From Burkholderiales bacterium (GTDB lineage: Bacteria; Pseudomonadota; Gammaproteobacteria; Burkholderiales; Eutrophovitaceae): a DNA stretch of 64,000 nucleotides. Below are positions 56,463-64,000 of this stretch, one piece after another. The position numbers and the translations under genes were made by a program. The stretch is from positions 22,396-86,395 of the forward strand of contig DATKYN010000062.1 in assembly GCA_035528435.1 (NCBI GenBank). Direction: 5' to 3'. Below the pieces are notes generated by a model. That model saw nothing but the letters and a program-made list of their open reading frames with translations. It had not been told where the DNA came from and did not search any database. How positions within the stretch are numbered: the first letter of the stretch is position 1; every line of letters starts with the position of its first letter.

Positions 56463-57766
56463 TTTGCTACCTCCACTCGGTACGAATCATAAGGTCCCCA
56501 GGCGACACCCCGGATATCATGCGCATAGGTGGCAATGCCCCATCGGGTAGTGCCGTCGATGGAAATCGCTCCCAGCGCGCCGCGTCCTTTGACTTCAGTT
56601 GCATACAGGATCGCCTTGCCATTGGGAGAGAACGCAGGGGATCGGTCATCCTGCCCGGACGTCAAATATCTGACTTCGCCATCACCGAGGCTCTGGGCGG
56701 CGATGCTGAAGCGCCCATCTTCCATGCGAACGTAAGCGAACCACTCGCCGTCGGCAGCATATTTCGGGGATGTGTTGTAACGCCCATCGAACGTCAAGCG
56801 TTCGGGACGGGCGGAGCCATTGATGGATAGTCGATAAATCTGCGGGCTTCCGCCTCGATCAGATGTAAAAAGGATATGGCGCCCGTCCGGCGAAAAATTT
56901 GGTTCGGTATCCCGGGATCGGCTGTCGCTGAGGCGCTTTGGATTGCCGCCGTCAGCGCCGATCACGTAGATTTGTGAGCCGCCGTCTTTCGACAAAGTGA
57001 CGGCAAGCTGCTTGCCGTCAGGCGACCACGCAGGCGCAGAATTGGTACCGCGGAATTTCGAGACGACTTTGCGCGTGCCTTTGGTGATGTCATGCACGTA
57101 GATTCTTGGTCTTTGTCGCTCAAACGAGACGTACGCGAGCCGTGTGCCATCCGGAGACCACTGTGGAGACATGATGGGCGAATCGGTCTTGTACAGCACC
57201 TGCCGGTTGTAACCGTCGGCGTCGGCGATCAGGATTTCTGACTTGTGCCCCTCTCTGGCGACATAGCAGATGCGTGTCGCGTAGGCGCCGGGATAGCCAG
57301 TCAATCTATCGTGCACTTTATCGGCGATGCGATGCGCCAGAAATCTGACGGTGGACTCCGGTTCAGACAAGGTTTCCTCAATGATCCGTTCTTTCCGGGC
57401 AACATCAACAAGGGCGTAACGCGCTACAAATTCCCGGCCGATTCTCGATACTTTTCCAATAACCACCATATCGGTGCCAGTTGAGGCGAAATAGTCGTAA
57501 TCGACCTGGTCGTTGATGCCGGCACCGAGTCCCGATGCTTCAACCACTCTCAATGCGCTGCTACGCATCAGGTCTGCGGCCACGATCTGACCGATGCGGT
57601 GTTCTTCCGCTTCCTGCTCGTCGCCGTGGAAGGACAGCACGGCGATCGGAATGCGGCTGCCTTCTCCACCGACGACCTCGACGCTGACCTGTCCATTCGC
57701 GATCCCTGGCAGGCTGGCGAAGACAAGTGCGCACAAAGCGAACAGGTTGCGGATATCGCGTGTCAT
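56459..57766 (-). CDS. tolB: Tol-Pal system beta-propeller protein TolB
   Basis: Signal peptide and repeated propeller blades (SP.WSPDG..LAY, APAWSPDGK.LA, P.FSPDG..I.F). 435 aa. Confidence 0.95.
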   Translation of the reverse strand: MTRDIRNLFALCALVFASLPGIANGQVSVEVVGGEGSRIPIAVLSFHGDEQEAEEHRIGQIVAADLMRSSALRVVEASGLGAGINDQVDYDYFASTGTDMVVIGKVSRIGREFVARYALVDVARKERIIEETLSEPESTVRFLAHRIADKVHDRLTGYPGAYATRICYVAREGHKSEILIADADGYNRQVLYKTDSPIMSPQWSPDGTRLAYVSFERQRPRIYVHDITKGTRKVVSKFRGTNSAPAWSPDGKQLAVTLSKDGGSQIYVIGADGGNPKRLSDSRSRDTEPNFSPDGRHILFTSDRGGSPQIYRLSINGSARPERLTFDGRYNTSPKYAADGEWFAYVRMEDGRFSIAAQSLGDGEVRYLTSGQDDRSPAFSPNGKAILYATEVKGRGALGAISIDGTTRWGIATYAHDIRGVAWGPYDSYRVEVAK

Positions 57767-57771
57767 GAGGT

Positions 57772-58896
57772 TTACTCTTTCGGTCGAAAACTCAAAAGAA
57801 GATTTCGGAAACTGGCCTGAAACAGGCTCGGTTCCTTGGGTACCGGCAATGGTTGAGCTGCCAGTATCGCGCGCTCAACTGCCGCGTCATAAGTCGCAAA
57901 CCCACTTGTTTGCAATAACCGGACCTGGGTGACGGACCCGTCGGGAAGTAGCGACACCTCGTAGTTGGCTTCCGGATTACCACGCAGATCCGGCGGCAAT
58001 ATGACGCGTTGGCGGATTTTGGCGCTGATTCGGGCGCGGTAATCGTCGGTTACCTGCCTGCCAGCAGCTTGCGTCGCCGCTTTCGCATCCTGCTCGTCAC
58101 GACGCTGTTGCGTGGCGACTCGGATTGCCTCCAGTTCCTGTGCCAGTTTGCGCTCGCGCTCTTCGAGTCGTTGCTTTTGCTCGACGATTCTCGCCTCCCG
58201 TTCCTGGTCGAGCGTGTCATCGAGCCGTGCGCTTTCCTCTTCGCGCAGCAATTGCGCGAGTGCCAATGCACGCTGTCTTTTCAATTCCTCAACATCGACC
58301 TCCGGTCGCGGAGCGGGTTGCTCTGCCAGTGTTGCTGGCGTTCGGGACGGAGCCGGTTGTTCGATGGCCACGCTAGGTGTTTCAGGTGCTGTGCGCTCGA
58401 TCTTTCTTTCACGTACCGGTGCTGTGAGATCTGCGCGAGGTGGGGTCGCTGCCGGCACAGGAGTTGGCTCAGATGCCATGGCGACATCGATTTGCTGCGG
58501 CGGTGGCGCCGGCTCAATTTGAGTGGTTGGCGGTTTTGGCGCAAGCGTTGCCGCAGGTTCCGGTACTGGCTGGAGTGCGGGGCGCGGCGGAGCGGGTTGC
58601 TGTGGCGATTTCACCGGCTTTGGATCGACTGCTGGAGGGGGGTTTCTTTCACGCTTCTGCACAGCCTTGTCTGGAGCAGGCTTGGGTTTGCTGACTGCAG
58701 AGGTCTTCTTTGCGGTCGTTGGCATTGACTCCCAGAGTTTGACGGAAGCATGCGGTTGAATTTTTTGCTGCCAATTCATGTTCAGCAACAGGACCGCGGC
58801 AAATGCGGCATGCACAGCCACGGTTAATACTCCGGCGGCAAGCGGCTTCGGCTCATCGTCGACCCATCGACTGTAATCAAGCGCAAATGTGCTCAT
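57772..58896 (-). CDS. tolA: cell envelope integrity protein TolA
   Basis: N-terminal TM anchor, a Pro-rich then E/R/A/Q helical domain II, and a C-terminal TolA domain III (GNPEANYEVSLLPDGSV..V.LLQTSG...D.AV..AI). Located between tolR and tolB. Confidence 0.8.
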   Translation of the reverse strand: MSTFALDYSRWVDDEPKPLAAGVLTVAVHAAFAAVLLLNMNWQQKIQPHASVKLWESMPTTAKKTSAVSKPKPAPDKAVQKRERNPPPAVDPKPVKSPQQPAPPRPALQPVPEPAATLAPKPPTTQIEPAPPPQQIDVAMASEPTPVPAATPPRADLTAPVRERKIERTAPETPSVAIEQPAPSRTPATLAEQPAPRPEVDVEELKRQRALALAQLLREEESARLDDTLDQEREARIVEQKQRLEERERKLAQELEAIRVATQQRRDEQDAKAATQAAGRQVTDDYRARISAKIRQRVILPPDLRGNPEANYEVSLLPDGSVTQVRLLQTSGFATYDAAVERAILAAQPLPVPKEPSLFQASFRNLLLSFRPKE

Positions 58897-58929
58897 GCCG
58901 GGGCTTTATATGGCGTGTCACCGTTGCGT

Positions 58930-59346
58930 TCAGGAACTGGGCAAAGCCAGTAGCCCAACGTTTTCAACGCGATTGCGGATCAGCATGTCCATCGTCTGCA
59001 GCACCAGGTCGTACTTGATCTCCTTGTCCGCGGTGATGATGACTGACTGTTGCGGTTTGCTCTCTTGCTTGTTCCGAATGACTTCCGCCAGTTCCTTGCG
59101 GCTGACGGGGCGCGCGTGACCTGATATGTCGTGGTCGATGACGGAGATCGACCCATTGGCGGCAATTTGCACCTCTATCGGCTCTGCGGGCGGATTGTCC
59201 AGGTCCCCAACTGAGGGTAAATTGACGATGCCGGGCGTAATCATTGGCGCCGTCACCATGAAGATCACCAGCAGGACAAGCATTACGTCGATGTACGGAA
59301 CGACGTTCATCTGACTGACCAGTCGGGGTCGGCGACGAATTGCCAC
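58930..59346 (-). CDS. tolR: Tol-Pal system protein TolR (ExbD family)
   Basis: 138 aa. MNVVPYIDVMLVLLVIFMV TM motif with the conserved Asp. Confidence 0.9.
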   Translation of the reverse strand: MAIRRRPRLVSQMNVVPYIDVMLVLLVIFMVTAPMITPGIVNLPSVGDLDNPPAEPIEVQIAANGSISVIDHDISGHARPVSRKELAEVIRNKQESKPQQSVIITADKEIKYDLVLQTMDMLIRNRVENVGLLALPSS

Positions 59347-60041
59347 TACGCCTCCTCGCCGCTGCCAGATTCGTCTTGCAGTCTGTTGGACAGTTCTTCG
59401 ATGAAACTGTCGAATCGCGTGGACAAGCGTTCCAGGTTGCGCACAAAGTGATTGAACCCGACCACGGCAGGGATTGCAGCGAACAGTCCCATTGCGGTTG
59501 CGATCAGTGCTTCTGCAATACCGGGGGCAACGCTGGCCAGGGTTGCCTGACCAACGTTAGCCAGCCCCCGGAAAGAATTCATGATGCCCCATACGGTGCC
59601 GAACAGGCCGATATAGGGACTGACCGAGCCCACGGTTGCGAGAAAAGCCAGTTTGCTTTCCAGGCGGTCTATTTCGCGCTGGTAGGTCGCGCGCATTGCG
59701 CGCCGCGCTCCCTCAAGCTGCGTTCCGGTGAGCACTTTTTGTCCTTTTTTTCGCAACTTGCTGACTTCACGGAACCCCGCTACGAAAATGCGACTCAAGC
59801 TGGCGCTGCGGTCGAGCGATTTGGCCGCGGTTTCGTAAAGCTTGGGCAGATTGTCGCTCTTGTGAAATCCAGTCTCAAACGCCTCTGCTTGCTCCATCGT
59901 TTCGCGAAACGAGAACATCTTTCGAAATATGTACCACCACGACATGATGGACATGCCGAGGAGGATGGCCATGACAAGCTGAACCAGAAAACTGGCGTTG
60001 CCGATCAGTGCCCAGAAACCCATGTTGTGGCTGACTTCCAT
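59346..60041 (-). CDS. tolQ: Tol-Pal system protein TolQ (MotA/ExbB family)
   Basis: 231 aa with three TM helices. GLFGTVWGIM and IAEALIATAMGL motifs. The stop overlaps the tolR ATG by 1 nt. Confidence 0.9.
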   Translation of the reverse strand: MEVSHNMGFWALIGNASFLVQLVMAILLGMSIMSWWYIFRKMFSFRETMEQAEAFETGFHKSDNLPKLYETAAKSLDRSASLSRIFVAGFREVSKLRKKGQKVLTGTQLEGARRAMRATYQREIDRLESKLAFLATVGSVSPYIGLFGTVWGIMNSFRGLANVGQATLASVAPGIAEALIATAMGLFAAIPAVVGFNHFVRNLERLSTRFDSFIEELSNRLQDESGSGEEA

Positions 60042-60970
60042 TTACGATCTCGCTTTTCTTGGCGCGGTTGTGTCCGACGATGGTCTGTCTGACGCAGTGT
60101 CGAGGAGTGCCGGCGGTTTGCAGTGGCTCGATTCGTGGCCAGAATCAATGGCCGCAACCACGTAAGAGCAAAGTCCGTGCTAGTCACACCCTGGTGGCGC
60201 GCCGGGCGATGCTGGGTGTATCCGTTCACGGGAGTCCAATTGATTTGGTGGCGGACAAGGCGTCTTTACCGAGCTTCGTTCTTCCGGCGCCGGTGCTCAA
60301 CGGATCACAATGTATTTTGTTTCTAATAAACATATATTTATAAGTTATTCTCGCAAACTGAACAGATGCCAATCAGCGGCACCTGCTGGAGCCTGAAACC
60401 CTGGGTGGAGTGCCCTTTCACCCGAATTCGCAAAATGTCGGATTGCGGCGTTCTCAACCGCCTCAAACCGGGTGTTTGCGACAAGCTTCGTCATGCGTCG
60501 CCGGGTGCAAGTCATGCGGCATTTACAGTGTTATTTTGTGTATAAATTCAGAAGCTTGAATCGATCTCCAGTCGACCCTGCCGGTCGCGTGCCGGACTTC
60601 GGGTTCGCCACAAGGTGGCAGCGAATGCGCTCGGACGTGGTGTGATGGCGAGTTGGATATTCGGGGAACCCTGCGCAAGCCGTCATGGCCAATACAGACT
60701 GTTACGTGCGCACCCGGCAACTGCGGTTATCGTTCACGCGTCGGTGTCACCGATCTCCAGCCACATCGCGTGTGTGTGGCGATGATGGGACACAGCATGG
60801 TGCGCACGCAGCGCTTTGATCGGGCGAGGCCGTGGCCTTCAGTGGAAACAAAAATGTCAGCAGCCCGGAACCGGCTGCATGCTTTGCGCCGCCGCTGTTT
60901 GCAGAGCTGCTCCGCGAAGATAAGGGAGTGGGTCTTCAGTCAACCGATTTCGATGACCGGCTCAGCGAGC

Positions 60971-62797
60971 CTATATCCTCGTATTCGGCCGAAGGTAGCT
61001 GAGTGTGCCGGAAGGTCTTGCCTCGCGTTCCGTCGTGTCTTGCGAAGCGTCGAGATCTTGTCGCGAACGGTGTCCGGTAAACAATGCGTTACAAAGTTTT
61101 TCGAAGCTCAGGCTCGGGCATTTCCAGTCGCCCTGGCCGGCATCGCAGCCCAGCATTCTGGCGGTATCGAGATGAACGTCCGACTCAATATCTACGGCTA
61201 TCACTTCGATGTGCAGGCTGCGAGCCATTTGCACTGTCGCCGACAATACCGCCTGGGAGTGTTCGTCCTCGATTGCTTCGGATAGCAATCCAGGGGCAAA
61301 TTTGATGGTATCGACCGGGAGATCGAACAAATAAGTCAGCGCCGATGCGCCGATGCCGAATTCGTCGATGCAAATACTGAACCCCATTTCCGATATCTCG
61401 ATAAGAGCAGTGGCTTGTTCCGATGATATCGGCATGTCTGTTTCGTGGACACAGAACTGCACATGCTGCGGATCGATTTTGGAGTCAAGCAACAGTCCGT
61501 GCAGCTGTCTGATCAGGGACTCAGGTCGCGTCAGTTGCTGTGGGGAAAGTGTGTGAACTACGCGAATCGGCCAGTGCCCCATTGCTTTCCACTTGCGAAT
61601 CGCTTCGAAGGTTAACCATAGCGCGGTCTCGCCCAAAGGAGCCGCCATGCCGGTTTCTTCGGCAATCTGCATGAAGTCATGCAGTTCAATCGTTCCAAGC
61701 CTCGCATGCTGCCAGCGCAGGAAGCTTTCCACACCGAGCAGTTCGCCTGATTCCATTTCGAAGAACGGCTGAAAGTGGACCGCAAACTCGTCCTTGAAGA
61801 TGGCGGACCGCAGATCGCCTTCAAGTGTCAACCGTTGCTTCGCGCGGTCTCCCATTTCATCCGAGAAGAAGCAGATTCCGCCGTTGGCCGCCTTCTTTGC
61901 GTTGTGCATGGCAAGGTCTGCGTTACGCAGTAGCGTTGCTGCATCATGGGAATCGGTAGGAAATACGCTGACACCAATATTGGGGCGCGGCGCGAAACTG
62001 TGCTCGCCGATGTATGTCGGTGCGCTCAGAAAAGACTGGATTCTCACCGCCAGTTTGTTTACCACGTCGGGATCGCCAAGGCTGTCGATCATCACGGCAA
62101 ACTCATCTCCGGCGAGACGTGCCATGGTGTCCTGTTTACGGCTAATGCGCGAGAAACGAGTGACCATCTCCCGGAGGTACTCGTCACCTGCCTCGCGCCC
62201 GAGTGTGTCAACAATGCTCCGATACTGTCCGCTGTTGATGGTCAGCACGGCGACGAACTTGCCCTCTTGCTGTGCATTGGTAAGGGCGGTTTGCAACGAT
62301 TCCAGAAATCGCTCCTGGTCGGGCAGTTGTTTCAGGGGATCAGCGGGTTTGTTGTCTTGTGCCTGTCTGTGGTCTTGCTTACCTGTGGCAGCGTCCCGAA
62401 ATGAAGCGATCAGACACCGGCCAGTCTCTTCGGAGTCGAAGCGCTTCAGGCTGATATCCAGCGCAATCTCGGCGCCCTCTTTGGTTAACGCGCGCATATC
62501 ATGTAAATGATTGACGCCCGAAGCGCTTTGATCGTTTGCCGCCTGAAACAAGCGGTCCCTCCATAGCGCGTAATCGGCGCGGGATTCTTCCGGCGCAAGG
62601 TCCTCCGCCTTCTTTTGCAGCAATTCGTCAGCGGAGTAGTGCAACAGATTCTGCATGAGAGAGTTCGCCGCGATGATTGTGCCGTTCTCGGAAATCATCA
62701 TGACCGCATCAGGGAGGGATTCGATGTGTTGTTTCATGTGTGGCTTGTCGGACACTCGGCGGCAGACGCGATGAAACAGGTAAAAAGCAGAAAACAT
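60971..62797 (-). CDS. PAS-GGDEF-EAL signalling protein (AGDEF variant; degenerate EAL)
   Basis: PAS (LPDAVMMISENGTIIAANS), GGDEF domain (RKQD-x5-AGDEF) and a collinear but motif-poor EAL domain. Start is either 62797 or 62737, neither with a clear Shine-Dalgarno sequence. Confidence 0.85.
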   Translation of the reverse strand: MFSAFYLFHRVCRRVSDKPHMKQHIESLPDAVMMISENGTIIAANSLMQNLLHYSADELLQKKAEDLAPEESRADYALWRDRLFQAANDQSASGVNHLHDMRALTKEGAEIALDISLKRFDSEETGRCLIASFRDAATGKQDHRQAQDNKPADPLKQLPDQERFLESLQTALTNAQQEGKFVAVLTINSGQYRSIVDTLGREAGDEYLREMVTRFSRISRKQDTMARLAGDEFAVMIDSLGDPDVVNKLAVRIQSFLSAPTYIGEHSFAPRPNIGVSVFPTDSHDAATLLRNADLAMHNAKKAANGGICFFSDEMGDRAKQRLTLEGDLRSAIFKDEFAVHFQPFFEMESGELLGVESFLRWQHARLGTIELHDFMQIAEETGMAAPLGETALWLTFEAIRKWKAMGHWPIRVVHTLSPQQLTRPESLIRQLHGLLLDSKIDPQHVQFCVHETDMPISSEQATALIEISEMGFSICIDEFGIGASALTYLFDLPVDTIKFAPGLLSEAIEDEHSQAVLSATVQMARSLHIEVIAVDIESDVHLDTARMLGCDAGQGDWKCPSLSFEKLCNALFTGHRSRQDLDASQDTTEREARPSGTLSYLRPNTRI

Positions 62798-63160
62798 GCC
62801 GCACGTGCGAAAGTGGGGTGTAACGCCAGGGAGTTGTGCGGACTTTTTCAGACGTGCCAGAAGCGATGCCTGAGCAATGAACCACGGGTGCGTTCTTGGG
62901 TAAACGTGAACTGCCAGCCGAACGATAAGAGAAAAATGATAATAGTCTTAAGGCAGCAAAAGGCTTGCGCTGTTGAAGCTTGGTGCCGCGATCCGGGCTG
63001 GACACCGCAACGCCCTGCGGCAATTGCCGTATCGCGAGGTATTGACGATCACTTTGCGATGGTTATCGTTGAGCCGAACGCGCCTGCGGGCACCCTTTAT
63101 CGGTGCAAAGCGATAAATCTGAAGCAGGCGTCGTAACGCGGGGGCAGCAACCGGGCTTGT

Positions 63161-64000
63161 TTACCTGATCAAACGACCGGGAAGCGCCCCCGTGTGCTCG
63201 TCATCACGAACGATCTCGGTTCCAGCGACGAAAGTGTGCCGATATCCGTCAGCCCGCTGCAGCAGTCGTTTTCCACCGGCGGGCAGATCGTAAACAACTT
63301 CGGCCTGGCGAAGCTGTAAACGGTCAAAATCGATCACGTTTATATCCGCACGGTATCCCGGCGCAAGCAAACCGCGGTCGCTCAAGCCGTAACCGAGCGC
63401 GCTGTCACGAGTGTGCTTCTTGACCAGAAACTCCAGTGGTAAGCGATTGCCGCGTTTTCTGTCCCGACCCCAATGGGATAGCAGATAGGTCGGCGCACCT
63501 TCGTCACAGACGGTGCAAACATGGGCGCCGCCATCGCCAAGCCCGATGATGGTTGCGTCGTCGAGCAGCATTTCACGCACGACTTCGAGATTCCCACCCG
63601 AATAGTTCTCAAACGTGTGTGCGAGCAATTGCTTGCCACCGTTTGACATCATGGCATCCAGGGCGACTTCCCAGACGTTGCGCCCCGACGCCTTGGCCAG
63701 TGCGCTGATGCTGCGTTCGGGAGGCGGCTCGTAATCGAACTGGTCATCAACAATAAAGGTCCGTGGCATCCAATCGTGGACCATGCGCGCGTGCGCGTCC
63801 TGCGGGACGTCCGTCACCAGTGATCTGCGTAATTCCGGGTCATTCGCCAGGCGTTCAAAACGCTGCGATGGCGAAAGATCGGCGATGCCGGTCCAGGCGG
63901 GGTGAGTCGAAAACGGATTGATGGTGGTCTCAAGGCCCATCATGACAACAATCGGGCGGCAACCCACCTGCGCGTTAACGTTCAATCCAGCGGCCCGTGC
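63161..64000 (-). CDS. N-acyl-D-amino-acid deacylase (D-aminoacylase) family amidohydrolase, C-terminal part; 5' end lies outside the window
   Basis: The frame is open to the window edge. The C-terminal pattern (GLGDGGAHV...GLLAPGYRADINVIDFD...GALPGRLIR) is typical of the D-aminoacylase family. Confidence 0.75.
   Translation of the reverse strand, partial: ARAAGLNVNAQVGCRPIVVMMGLETTINPFSTHPAWTGIADLSPSQRFERLANDPELRRSLVTDVPQDAHARMVHDWMPRTFIVDDQFDYEPPPERSISALAKASGRNVWEVALDAMMSNGGKQLLAHTFENYSGGNLEVVREMLLDDATIIGLGDGGAHVCTVCDEGAPTYLLSHWGRDRKRGNRLPLEFLVKKHTRDSALGYGLSDRGLLAPGYRADINVIDFDRLQLRQAEVVYDLPAGGKRLLQRADGYRHTFVAGTEIVRDDEHTGALPGRLIR

Noticed and set aside
55987-56830. Plus-strand ORFs 55987-56550, 56100-56393 and 56123-56830, and minus-strand alternative frame 56036-56374
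   Set aside because: These are artefacts of the E/R/A/Q codon repeat in pal. The periodic GC-rich repeat removes stop codons in several frames. The products are Ser/Cys/Leu/Arg homopolymer-like strings.
58009-60092. Plus-strand ORFs antisense to tolA and tolQ (58009-58728, 58112-58522, 59340-60092)
   Set aside because: These are shadow ORFs opposite well-supported tol genes and a low-complexity region of tolA.
60366-60545. 59-codon Cys-containing plus-strand ORF (MPISGTCWSLKPWVECPFTRIRKMSDCGVLNRLKPGVCDKL...) considered as a possible RiPP-like precursor
   Set aside because: There is no Shine-Dalgarno sequence and no adjacent maturation enzyme or transporter. It overlaps an equally weak minus-strand ORF, and the cysteine spacing is irregular.
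60653-61285. 210-codon plus-strand ORF spanning the tolQ-distal spacer and the 3' end of the EAL gene
   Set aside because: Half of it is antisense to the EAL domain coding sequence. It has no Shine-Dalgarno sequence and its composition is Arg/Cys-rich and non-protein-like.
1-64000. Search for CRISPR arrays, tRNA/rRNA genes, IS elements, integrases, phage genes and known defence modules
   Set aside because: No spaced direct-repeat arrays were seen. No intergenic gap contains a tRNA-like T-arm (GGTTCGAnnCC) or rRNA-like sequence. No ORF resembles a transposase, integrase, reverse transcriptase, restriction-modification or toxin-antitoxin component. This was a by-eye scan only; tRNAscan-SE, Infernal and a defence-system HMM scan would be the decisive checks.

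Overview
The window reads as ordinary core chromosome of a moderately GC-rich Gram-negative bacterium. The gene set and local synteny (trxA-rho-rpmE, AddAB instead of RecBCD, tolQRAB-pal-ybgF, phaP/bktB/phaA) suggest a betaproteobacterium, but that is inference only. About 64 protein-coding genes are supportable, and coding density is high. I found no rRNA, tRNA, CRISPR array, transposase, integrase, prophage gene or recognisable defence or toxin-antitoxin module.

Landmarks:
- maeB 3' end
- Nudix CoA pyrophosphatase and ybaK
- beta-carbonic anhydrase
- two MscS-family channels
- patatin-like lipase
- rsgA, orn and pgi
- phasin plus two thiolases
- hslO and hslR
- rpmE, rho, trxA and fdxA
- an overlapping addB/addA pair
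- a block of generic catabolic enzymes at 42.4-53.4 kb
- the tol-pal operon
- a PAS-GGDEF-EAL protein
- the 3' part of a D-aminoacylase-family gene running off the right edge

I do not see a convincing previously undescribed multi-gene system. The items most worth a second look:
1. A Pal lipoprotein with a roughly 108-residue spacer made almost only of E, R, A and Q.
2. The catabolic block at 42.4-53.4 kb, which has no regulator or transporter and contains an AT-rich, ORF-poor gap.
3. A c-di-GMP protein with an intact I-site but an eroded EAL domain.
4. Two unusually long, structured non-coding spacers, one between trxA and fdxA and one upstream of tolQ where ybgC is absent.
5. A J-like protein lacking the HPD motif.
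6. An orphan SoxYZ-like carrier.

All family calls come from motif and pattern recognition by eye. No database search was run. Start codons are often ambiguous, and I chose ATG/GTG starts with a Shine-Dalgarno sequence where one was visible.
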